NCBI GenBank assembly: GCA_010015805.1
Contig: ML978124.1
Span: forward strand, 1,116,001-1,180,000
Reading direction: 5' to 3'
DNA: 64,000 nucleotides
Origin: Rhizodiscina lignyota
Taxonomy: Eukaryota
This document shows, piece by piece, positions 12,503-23,854 of the stretch. Each line of letters starts with the position of its first letter. Position 1 is the first letter of the stretch. Under the pieces are notes generated by a model, which was not told the origin of the DNA, made no database searches, and saw only the letters and a list, made by a program, of their open reading frames with translations. Position numbers and translations under genes: made by a program.

Positions 12503-13300
12503 TACTCTGAGGCTGGCTGCTTCGGCGCTATAAAGCTCGCTCATTAGGTTAAAAAACTTGGTAAATAGCTCGAAACTTACCCTCTTTTACAGATGTATGA
12601 TATAAAGTACGAGACACGCTATATGCTAATGCTGAATTTAAGAGAAAAGCTATTGTTATAATAATAAAGAAGGATAATTTCGAAGTTTGTTGACTTTAAA
12701 GCCTGGACTCTCCGCAAAAAGTTCCTTTTAAAGATCAGAGACTTCGCTCGCAAACTCGCAAAGGTCCGATGATATGAGATTGGATGATTCTCGTTCATCA
12801 GCGCGTTGTCTAATTGGCTTAGGGTACGGAGTGGTTCCGCTCCACCCTTTCCCTCTCACTCCATCTACTGCTCAGAGCACTTTGGAGGACCTCATAATGG
12901 TGCTGATTCGCATAGGCTGGGATTTCTCTTCAGCATGGAGGCTCTCATATCGGTAGGTGATCCTTACGAGCAGAATTCTATGTCAAGGCTCTGCCATCGG
13001 CCTACTACATCTGCGACCGCAGCCATGGTTGAGGGTAAAGGATATGTCCGATATGACAATGGGGTGATAAAACCATCAGCGAGATCGAAAATTGACACAT
13101 AGAGGACACAAAGAATCTGCATCCTGGAAATATCCCTGTCGCAGGTGAGTACAAAATATTAATTGGATATGGTGAGTATATCTTTCTGGTATCCATAGTT
13201 TGGCTTCCCCCCAGGCCGACCATCATCCGTTCGTATCTCGCAGCCTACTTCGAATACAAACTTCCTCATACAAAGCCTTTCCGCTGCGAAAGCTAAAGCT

Positions 13301-15102
13301 ATGGCTGATCCTTTCTCAATTATCGGCCTTGTTGATACAGCTTTCGGACTTGGCTGTAACATCTACGCTTTCTTTTCAGCCTTGTCGGATGCGCCCTCGG
13401 AGATCCACAGCTTCGCTGAAGAGCTGGGTGTCTTTAACTCTGTCCTCCAAGAGGTGAAGGACTATGTAAAAGTCTTCAAATCGTCAACATTTGCGAACCA
13501 GGACGAGCTCAATTTGGAGATCGTTGGAGCCACCCTGAAGCAATGCAATGCGGAGTTCAGTGATATCTATGATGCCATCAAGGACAAGGAAGTCAAGCAG
13601 TCACTGTCATTCTTGAAGAGACTCGGGAGCTCGTCATCTTGGGTCTTTGACGAAGATGAGCGCGAGAAATCGACTCAACGACTCAACCGAGCTCGACAAA
13701 CGCTCTTGTTGCCATATCGACTGTCAGTGGGTATGTGCGAAGTCTGTAATATCAATCCAAGTCTAGTCACTCATATGATGCAGTCGACAGAACATTGTTA
13801 TTCGGGACGAGGTGCATTACACACGAGAGGATATTGCGGACCTCAAAGACTCTCAACAGGAAGTGCTATCGTTGCTATCATCAATGTTCGCGGCGGGACA
13901 AGAGAGGGTAAAGAGCCTAGACTCAAGAGCTGATGGAGAGAAGGTTAAAAGCCAGACACGGCTGGGCGATCTTTCCGACAAGTTTCAAATCGATTTTGAT
14001 ACCTTTTCTAGCGGAACGACAACCTCTTTTGGAGCAACTGATGCGCAGATGACTATGAGAACGCGCGAGAAGCTAGACGATCCCAACCTAGCAGACGAGC
14101 CTCCTGCAGCCACGGTCAGCACTTCATCCCGGTCATCATCGGTCGGAACCAGCATGCTAACAAAACCCTGGAGCACGCAGTGGGGAGAAGTTCCAAAGCA
14201 GATTGCAGCGCTTCAAGACGAATTAGTGAAGTTCAGGTCTCGGTTGTCTTCGAAAGATTTGAAAGACCTGAGATCTTTCTTTGACATCAGAGGCCCACAA
14301 GACCTTGTGGATTCGCTGCCGGAGCAGACAGCGAACACAGATCGAAAGCCTGATAGAAAAGTTCAGGCTTCGCTCCTTGATCTGATGAAATCGACGCAGC
14401 AATTTGGCGAGATGATGTCGGCGGCAGATGCCAGTTTATCTGCTCCTCTCTGGGGTTCATTGAAACTGATCATTCAGGTAAGTGTGATCATTGGCCACGA
14501 TATGTAAGATCGACGAAAGCTAATGATTGAAGGCATCCTCCCAATGGAGGAGTGAGTTTGACAGTGTGATTGAAATGATACAAGAATTCAGCGACGCTAT
14601 GAGAGTCTGCGAACGGGAGTACAAACTGTATCCGAACTCCATGACGAAGGATCCCTTAATAAAGCTGTACAGCGAGTTTCTCGAATTTTGCCGACGGAAC
14701 ATGAGCTTGCTGCAACAACCCGCCAACGCCCGCTTTAGGATGGCCATAATTGCAGACGCACAGCGTAAAGGACTTCAGGAATCGATATCCAGGATACGTA
14801 AGATCTCGGCGACTGTGGTAAGCGAGGCCGAGTTCCAGAGTCGTCTGGAACTACGAGATGCGCATAAACGTATCCTGGCGATGGAGCTCGAGCAGCAAAA
14901 GATCCTTGCTGCCATGGAAGAGCAGAAGAAGATCCTTGCGTCGCTGGCCGAGGAACAAAAGCTGATAACGATGATGAAGGACCAACAGATGATTCTCCAG
15001 ACATTACAGCAACTGCAAATGAAACTGCAAGCACCGAGACTCCGAGATGTTCTGAAATTTGGACGAGGAGCGAATGAAAGCCATGCGGAGACTAAGAAAT
15101 GA
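13301..15102 (+). CDS. NLR-related protein: HeLo-like/SesA-type N-terminal domain + Goodbye/DUF7708-like pre-NACHT domain + 10-aa repeats, no NACHT; possible frameshift near 13710
   Basis: N-terminus MADPFSIIGL...LSDAPSEIHSFAEELGVFNSVLQEV fits the fungal STAND N-terminal domain. APLWGSLKLIIQ|ASS...YKLYP...LIKLYSEFLEFCRR fits the helical domain preceding fungal NACHTs. Intron 14478-14532 is canonical and in phase. Intron 13731-13783 is out of phase by 1 nt. Confidence 0.65.
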
Positions 15103-15512
15103 TAACAATCGTCAACATAACATTGTGTTGGTGACAAACTGACTGGCCATGAAAGAGAACAGGCCGGAGAACACTTCCTTTGTGGTTTGCTCTGTCGGGC
15201 TCAGTTCGGTTTCGTTGAAAGATGGGCACGATCAGGCCTAAACGGATGTGAGTTGCATTCATGTTAGGTCATGTATATTTGCTCTTCAGTTTGGTGTCCA
15301 CATTCACAGCACAAAGAGCCTCTCTTGGGTATTAATTGGGAATGCATCCGGCTCTTCGCCTCCATTTCCGCCGTTCTATAAAGTCCAGAATGTCTTCTCC
15401 ACTCTCCTTGCACACCCCATACCCTCTCATATTTGTGACATATGCTCGCCGCAATTCCTGGAAATTCCAACCGCCCCCGTTTTATTGCAGACAACCCTCC
15501 AGAGCTGATATT

Positions 15513-16124
15513 ATGACCGGCAGAAATATCAACAAGCTCGGCCAAGCTGCTAAAGCTGCCACAGCCGCTACAGTCCTTTCACGAGCGGCCGTAGGCCCAG
15601 TTTCTAGCATAATCGGATCCCAAATGACCGCTGGCGCTAGTATTAGAGCCACTTCCTCCGCAAGCAATGGCAAAGATCAATCTCAGCTCCCAGAACGCCC
15701 AAAGCCCGCTCGTCTTGCACCAGCGTTGCCAGAAGAATCAAGAGGAGAAGCCTATAGCAACCAGACTCCTTACCCTCCCTTCTATACTTCCCTCCGCCTC
15801 CATTTCGGAAATTTGCTTACCGCTCTTGGGCCCATGTATGTGCACTGCCTGGGCAGCTGGGAGGGTTTCTCGGAAATGCTGCAAGATGTAGGTGCTATTG
15901 TGTTTGGGATACACATGTTGGACTCGCAGCGTCCGCTGAGCAGGATTCAGGCAGAGATAGAGATGCAGCAGGTTGCAATGGCTTTTGAGCGGTTGCGGAA
16001 GCGGGGGGAGTCGGAGAGGGAGAATCTTGAGAAATGGGTTGATGTGGAACATGTTCTAAGCACGATTGAGCGGGCGAAGTGGACACTTGGTCCAGATGGA
16101 CGTCATCATTGGCCTGAGAAGTAA
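15513..16124 (+). CDS. Hypothetical protein (~203 aa)
   Basis: Open frame from ATG 15513 with an Ala/Ser-rich basic N-terminus and a protein-like C-terminal half. No motif recognised. Confidence 0.55.
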   Translation: MTGRNINKLGQAAKAATAATVLSRAAVGPVSSIIGSQMTAGASIRATSSASNGKDQSQLPERPKPARLAPALPEESRGEAYSNQTPYPPFYTSLRLHFGNLLTALGPMYVHCLGSWEGFSEMLQDVGAIVFGIHMLDSQRPLSRIQAEIEMQQVAMAFERLRKRGESERENLEKWVDVEHVLSTIERAKWTLGPDGRHHWPEK

Positions 16125-16826
16125 GGGCACTCTGTGGCCGATTGCAAATAGACTTACCATCAAGTGCACACAAGTGTGTATTCCAGCAGCCCCACCCTGT
16201 CGACCCAGCAGCTGCTTGATCTAACTCGGAGTCCCCTTCCGCACGGCGGGAGAGCATCTACACTCTGACTTGTGTTCCGCGCGACATCTCGCAAGGGCCC
16301 TCGCAACGTGCGACCAATAGGATAGTGAGAGGGGAAGTTACCGTATTCAAACAAGTCCATATGGTTGACCCAGGAGCTTCTTTGTTCAACCTTGCGTCCC
16401 GTACGCCATTTGAGGGGCGTATTCGAAATCACATTATGTAGAGTAGCAAAGCCAGTGTGCAAGCAGCCCCGAAAGAATCCTCATCTCACGGACACACCAC
16501 GCTCTGTGAATATCCTCGACTCACCTTCGTTGGATTGCGTGCGGTAAGTGCATATATATACTGACGAAGGCTACTCTCTCCAAGGTGCATTGGACCATTG
16601 AACGAACACCACTTCGAAACAGTCGGGTATCTTATTTGAAGTGTCAGAACGACACTTGAAATCGTTCATTTCTATTTATTGGTCGTTCCTGTAGAGTCGT
16701 CTTATAACAAAGACAAAGGTATCATCCCGCGCTATGCAAAGTTAAGGCATGAAAAAAGCATATACACAAACGCTGCTCATTATAAACATCTCCGCCTGAA
16801 GAGTAGGACGTTGAATCAAATTCTCA

Positions 16827-17406
16827 CTACGCCGCCGTAATCATCTGCGGCCTCGTTCTTGGGGTCTGACGACGTGGTAGCGACCATGGCTCCTCACATA
16901 CGACCTGTGATGCTACAGTCAGCTGAAGATCCCAACAGATTAGAAAGACAAAGCAATGGCAACTCACCTCGCCCTCACTGTACGCCCAGAAGTACATTCC
17001 CACGCCGATCATGAGGTACAGTGCAGCATTCGTGCTCTGATACATCAGGACCGCGGCGAGTGCGTGCAGAGGAAAGATGATGAGTCTCGCCTCGATGGAG
17101 CGGTGGATGGCGGAGCCGGCGATCCATTTGAGCGGCCACTCGTACAGGATGCCGACGATCGAGAAGACCAGGTTGAAGATTTGGAGGATTGGGACGGGTG
17201 TGACGCCCCGGTTGAGATTCGTGGTGAGGAAGTCGAAGAACATCTTGGGCCAGAAGAAGCCTTCAAGTGATGCGGCGAATTGGTCTGTTACGGCACTTTG
17301 TTTAGTAAAAGCTTTGGGTACATGTCATGGCGCGGAGGGAAGACATACAGAATGAAGCGGCCAGGATGATGAGGCGCGCAAGATGGTTCTTGATTAAGCG
17401 ACCCAT
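16827..17406 (-). CDS. noxD: NoxD/Pro41, p22phox-like NADPH oxidase membrane subunit (exons 17406-17349, 17284-16968, 16904-16827)
   Basis: Spliced product MGRLIKNHLARLIILAASFYQFAASLEGFFWPKMFFDFLT...YEWPL...HRSIEARL...YFWAYSEGE|VVCEEPWSLP matches the Pro41/NoxD family. Both introns are canonical. Confidence 0.92.
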
Positions 17407-20400
17407 GGTGATGGTTTTGGTTCGGAAGTATTAGAAGCTTGATGCAGTGGTGACTGTCGAAAGAGGATTCGAATGGAGATATGCGAAATGTTGAAGAAGA
17501 GCAAGTAGAGTTGCGTCAGTCGGTGGTTGGGAAGTGTGTCGCTGAGCTACCCGCAGAGGGCGAGAAATTGCGTCGTTTTGGTAATAGTTTGAGCGTTCGT
17601 GTGCTATCTCTTTGGTTTCCAGAGTCTTCTCTTCCAGGAACAAACTATCATGACGGTTGAACAGTGCTCATTTCCAGATGGAAGGGAAATGTGCGAGAGA
17701 GCAGAGGCAGCGCCCGGACGAGCACAAGGCCGGCGGCAATTCGAATTGGAGGTGAGAAAAGTTTCTAATTTTGTTTCTCACGCTACGAACTCGCTGGAGA
17801 GGCGTCCGTCTCAGATTTCGAAGAGTTGGTTGGCCCTCGGTGCGTTTTGACAGATGAGGTATGCAGATGGCTTTTTTGAATTGAGTGCTTCTTGAACTAA
17901 GCGATGCAGCATGTACTCGCAAGAAACAGAGCAACAAGGGCAAATTGTAGCAGAGAGTTGACTTCTGGAGCTGATGGAAGATCAGAAGACGAAACGGACA
18001 GCGTGAGACTTGGAATTGAAGTGAAGCGGCGCGTGTGGACCTCAAAAGTAGCACACGAGGACTTAACTCGCCATCATCGGCGGTCGAGGCGGAGCTCTCA
18101 AAGGTCGATCTGCCGCCAAGCAGGGATGCCGGCAGGGGTCTGCTCAGGGCGGCATCCATGCTTGGCGCCGACCTTTCTCTGCCAGCCTGACCACACGCAA
18201 GCGTCTGCGAGCGATTTCTTCTGCAAGTCGTTGTGTGGTGCAGAGCGCTGAGTGGACGTGGTGATGGTGGGCGGCAAAAGGGACCAGCGACAGGGGGTGG
18301 GCACGCTGCATGGATAGCACAGAGCATCATGCATGGAGCCCTGCTGGCTCGGCGCTACGATGCAGCAAATCACTCGCCATAAGGACCTGATCTCACCCAT
18401 CTGTCCAGCAGGCGGAGAGACGGCTGGCGTGGACGATCAATTGGGGCTCTTCTCATTCCTCCCGGGCTGAGTGGTCGAGATGCCGGTCGTCTGGATGCCT
18501 TTTCTTCCGGGCATTGCTCTCTCGATTCTCATATTTTCCGAGCAGCCGCATCGAAGACGGGACGAAGCGGCAGCGGGTGGCTGGGGCAAAAGGAAATGTC
18601 GAGTCCAGATGCGATCATGCGAGTGATGAATTGACGAGTCCGGGGAGTGGCTTCGGCACGCGATGGTGTTTCTTGATGTGGCTTGCATGGGCGTTGAGGG
18701 ATGGCGCCGATATCGATAGCGTTTTGGGCGAGTGGCTCGCTGCGAGCGGTCTGGCTCCAATACGATGATGGATTTGAGAATTCAAATTGCCAGATTCTTC
18801 GTCACGCAGCCTCGTCACTATCACATCTCTCTACACTGGTTCCTATCTGACTCGCAGCACATCCCCTCGAATTCTTGCTGTCATGCGGGGCTCAGTATGC
18901 AATGTACAGCTGTCAACGGAGGGAGACCTTCCCTTTTCTTGCCAGCGCCGGCCAATGAGATTTCCGTGCATTCGGATCGCATGGCATCGCTTATACGAAC
19001 AATATAATTCCTTGGAAGCATCACTCCATATCGCTCTCGTCATATGCGCGATATGATCTCCACGGGATTTCGGGCAAGCCACCGAAGAGATCGCCAAATC
19101 TCTCGGTCATCCACGTGGACGTTCAGGCCGTCTAGGTCGCTACAGATGCGATCAAGCAGGTGGTACATCGGCTCTTGGATAGGCGGAAGAGTGTGGAGAA
19201 GGATGAGCTTGTCTCACGAGAGAGATTTTGGAGCGGTCGCCGCCGTTAGCAGTTCAATGTGACTTCTGCTTCTCGAATGGCATGTCGTCTGCGTGATCCA
19301 AGCCAAATTTAGCCCCCGGCGGCAGCAGGCAAGCCTCAATTGGTCGCTTCCCTGTTCGCTCCCGCAATTCGCTGCGGGCCTGCAGTGCCCCTGTCAGCTC
19401 GCTCGCCAACCAGCTTGCGCAACGCAGCTTTTTGCACACGCACTCGTGCCGACCGCTGCCCAGCGAAGAAGAGCGCTGCAATTGGCGCTCACAGCGGCCA
19501 GAGACTGCATGCCCATCCAGATGGCCATGCGAACCTTGTCTCCGCAGCATGCAGGTCGCTGGCGACGCGCATCTGCGAGCATCGGAGTGCTGGACCTCCG
19601 CCACTTCAACTTCAGATTGAATATCTTTCTCAATCAACTGTATCCTCGTCCTCTTTTGCGAATCTTCCTGCGTGCCAAACCGTCTCTGAACAACGCAATT
19701 CCACGCTCTTACGCACACCGGAGCGATCGCCCGTGCCTTTCATCAAATAGGGGAAATCGGGCGCTACTTGGCTGGCTGTAACGTTGCACGCTCATCGGCG
19801 GCTTTACAGATTCTCGCGCCTACTCGAACAATTCCAACAGTCTTGTGATACCCTTGAAGTAGGGTTGTCGACCACTTTGCGCTCTTCCAAAATAGTGTTT
19901 ACCGGAGTCGTAGTCGTACTGTGACTCTTGTCAGCGCCTACTTCAGTCGAATAATTCCTCTTTTGGAACGAACGACAGTTTCATCGGTTACGAGACAACC
20001 TGGATTGACAAGTGAAGTCGTACTCGAACTTCACTCGGAACGAAGAGCTCGGGAGATCCAGGAACTTGGTCCGCGGCGAGGAAGTTGTCGTGCGCTCGCC
20101 TATCGGTCTCGTGCATGCGTCGGTGAACAGTTCGCACACAACTCTCACCTGCATTCGACCCATTACCAAGGAACTTCTCTCAAAGATTCCGGTGTCGAAG
20201 TTTTGGGCCGAATCCTTGGCCGCTTCTTCAACGCCGCCGTTCTTTCCTTCCGATTTTCTTGGCATCTGCTCCGACTTCACTTTTCGATAGAGGAAATCGG
20301 TCGCGCAAAACCACGACACAGGCTGCAGCTGAGTTCGATTTCTTGTCCTCTCTCTGGCACAGAGGTTCAGCTACCCGTTCACATCGCGGCTTGCCGCTTC

Positions 20401-20433
20401 CATTGAACTCAACCCAGACGCCGGCCGTCCAAG

Positions 20434-22337
20434 ATGGCGCAAAAAAACTCACTGAAGGCGACATTGCGCTCACACCTAGCGCCACGTAAATTGGTCTTCT
20501 ACTTCCTCTTCTATGGATTTCATATTACACTCTTCGCTATCGGATGGTACGTACCATGCTCTTCATTTTACGTTAGAAACTCGCTATTATATCCATCTTT
20601 CACGACGCACGTGATGACTCAACCCGCTGACTTTCGTTTCCAGGTGGAAGCAAGCAAGAGACCCGCGATTGGCAGGTCTGAATACGCTTCAGTACTCAGT
20701 CTGGTTCTCTCGTGGTGCAGGCCTGGTGCTCTCGGTCGATGTCATGATCATCCTCCTCCCAATGTGCAGGAACTTGCTGCGTTTCATCCGTCCGAAGATT
20801 CGCTGGCTGCCGCTTGATGAGAGCCAGTGGTTTCATCGCCAAGTCGCTTATCAACTTCTCATCTGGGCAACTGTGCACACTACAAGCCACTATGTCAAGT
20901 AAGTTGTCAATCTACTGCATGATATTAGAGCGTGGTCGATCTCTAACAGAAATTCTAGCTTCTATAACGTCGAAAAGTCTCAAATCCGGGCCCAGACCGC
21001 TGTCGAAATTCACTATACCCAGCCCGGCGGTATCACTGGGCATATCATGCTCCTCTGCATGCTTTTTATGTACACGACCGCCCATTGGCGTATCCGCCAG
21101 CAAAGCTTCGAAACTTTCTGGTACACGCATCACCTCTTCATTCCGTTCCTGCTCGCCTTGTACACCCACGCTGTCGGCTGTTTCGTCCGCGACACTGCCG
21201 AACCGTATAGCCCTTTTGCCGGCAAGATTTTCTGGAACCACTGCCTCGGTTACCAAGGATGGCGATGGGAACTCGTTGGTGGTTTCTTCTATCTGTGTGA
21301 GCGATTGTACCGCGAGATTCGCGCTCGTCGCAGCACCGAGATTGTCAAGGTTGTGAAGCATCCTTATGGTAAGGCGCGATATATTCCCATCCATCCATCT
21401 TCATCATGCCACGTTCCTGACAACAAGTACAGATGCTGTCGAAATTCAGTTTGTCAAGCCTTCGATGAAGTACAAGGCTGGTCAATGGCTCTTCATCAAC
21501 TGCCCCGAAGTCTCCAAATACCAATGGCATCCCTTTACCATCACCTCCTGCCCCTTCGATCCATACATCTCAATCCATGTCCGTCAGGTTGGTGACTTTA
21601 CCAAAGCTCTCGCCGACGCAGTCGGTGCCGGTAGCGCGCAAGCCAAGTTTTACGACGACTTCGACCCCATGGGCATGTACGAGGTCGCCCTCCAGTTCGG
21701 CGAGAAAATGCCTGATATCCGCATCGATGGCCCTTACGGTGCGCCTGCCGAAGATGTATTCGAGAACGAAATTGCTGTCCTCATTGGTACTGGTATCGGG
21801 GTTACTCCTTGGGCCTCAATTCTCAAGAACATCTGGCATCTGCGTCTCTCACCCAACCCGCCCAAGCGCCTGCGCCGTGTCGAGTTCATCTGGGTCTGCA
21901 AGGACACCACGTCGTTCGAGTGGTTCCAAGCACTTCTCTCCTCGCTCGAAGCCCAAAGCCTCGGCGCACCGGGCCAGGACGGCGTCGGCTCCGAGTTCCT
22001 CAAGATCCACACCTACCTCACGCAGAAGATCGACTCAGATACAGCACAGAACATCGTTCTCAATTCCATCGGTACCGAGCGCGACCCCCTCACTGAACTG
22101 CGCTCCCGCACCAACTTCGGCCGCCCAGACTTCACGAAGCTGCTGTGCGCGATGCGCGACGGTATCCTTGATGGCGCGTACATGGGCGTAGACAAGGAGC
22201 GCGGCAAGGGCGAGCAGCATGCTAAGGTGGGAGTGTACTTCTGCGGGCCGAACGCTGCGGCCAAGGAGATCAAGCGTGCGTGCAAGAGGGCGGACTGCGA
22301 GGAGGTGCATTTCAAGTTCTGGAAAGAGCACTTCTAA
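20434..22337 (+). CDS. noxA: NADPH oxidase A / Nox1, gp91phox homologue (exons 20434-20546, 20644-20898, 20959-21368, 21433-22337)
   Basis: Heme-ligand His motifs (WFHRQVAY, HTTSHY, FWYTHHLF), FAD site HPFTITS, DGPYGAP, NADPH motif GTGIGVTP and C-terminal YFCGP...FWKEHF. There is no N-terminal extension or EF-hand, consistent with NoxA. Confidence 0.95.
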
Positions 22338-22939
22338 GTGTGCGAAGGATGGAGTTTCGGTCTGGCGGCGTTTTTAGGGAATACCTCCAATGGCATGAAT
22401 GGGCGCTTGTGATAGATAATTGCAATGCTGAATGAATTTATACATGACTGAGTTTGAAAGGGTATGTGTGACTCCAGTTGCGACAGAACGTGAGCTTAGA
22501 CGGCGTGTCAATTGCATTGGAGGCGATCTTTTTGAAATACAACTGTATTCAAGGCATGTGCAACGAGCATAGAAAAGGAACCACGTTAAATCCAATCGTG
22601 TATCCTGAGCACATTCAATGAGAGTAGTAGAGTTGCAACGGTGAACGGATAGCATGGTGACCTCCGACCCAGTCCAGTCCCCTCCGCATCGTATAGGGGT
22701 CGTCCTGCCGATAAATCTACCCTCATTTTTGGTGGGGAAATTCATGAAATAAGTCCGATTAATGATGCACGTGCATGAAGATTCTTCTCTTTGGGATAGG
22801 TACATAGCATTCCAGTCTTAGTCCATCTCTGAGAATTTCGTTGATTCCATCTACGAATATTCCGTAGCAGATCGCATCCCTGCGGACCTTCGAGGCTTCT
22901 GCATCAACCAGACGACCATATCTCCAACCGGGGAGCTCA

Positions 22940-23167
22940 TTAGTCCCTTCCATTTTCCGATTGGCTGATCGGAACTGTTGAGATTGCTGCGCAGAGATTC
23001 CCTCCATTCCGATTGTGCCTATCAATCTGTCCTAGATAGAGTTCCACCAAATCGACATTTCTGATTTCCCCCTTCTCGAGCTTTGCCTTGAGCTCCGAAG
23101 CAGTTGCAGTCAGGACATTGATGTCTATGAGACGACGTGGAGAATCATTTGATTGGACATCAGCCAT
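22940..23167 (-). pseudogene. Amidase-signature family N-terminal fragment
   Basis: NVLTATASELKAKLEKGEIRNVDLVELYLGQIDRHNRNGGNLCAAIS is the typical start of fungal amidases. The frame stops before any catalytic KD or GGSS motif. Confidence 0.65.
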
Positions 23168-23854
23168 GACGTTGATTTGTATACAAATCACTGAACCTTT
23201 GATGATTGAGAGAGGTATGTTCCTGAAATCAAGGAATACCTTAGCGGACTGCAGAAAACAGAACATGTGACGAAGCCAAGCTACGAGGAGAAAAGTGAGA
23301 CCGATCTTTGTGATAGGATGCAGTTGAATACCGTGTGCACATTCGCATGCTACGTCAAGCAGCGAGATACGTCAGAGAGATCAGGCAGCACAATCGAGCC
23401 TACGTTAAATTTCATGAAGGAAAACTTATGACGTGTAATTCTTCTGTACGAGGCCTCTCCACCATGAGGATTAGCATCAACGTCTGTGAGATAACCAATT
23501 AATTATTGACCCGTCACAGGTTCTTGTTGAGGCGATTGCATTGGAGACAAGTAGGGTGCAACGGAACCAGGGCAAGCCCATTTTGGCCGGATATTCCATT
23601 GTTGGCACCGATTGATGGGTTATGATAATGCAACGAATCGTATCTAATAAGACGATGGTCTCATACTGAAATCGGACGGGGACGTACTCACGATGCGAGA
23701 TGAAACTTGATGTCCCTAACCACGGTCCCGCCCACCGGAAAAAGTACATCGTGAAATCATCGACTCGATCTTCTTTTTGACGCGCTTTTCCACACCCTCC
23801 AATCCTACAACAGATGCCTCCAAACCGTCTCATCTATATTCCAATTAATCCGCA

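Noticed and set aside
17668..20406. Several 100-220 aa ORFs between noxD and noxA
   Set aside because: They overlap in many frames, with no motifs or consistent splice model. More likely promoter and UTR sequence.
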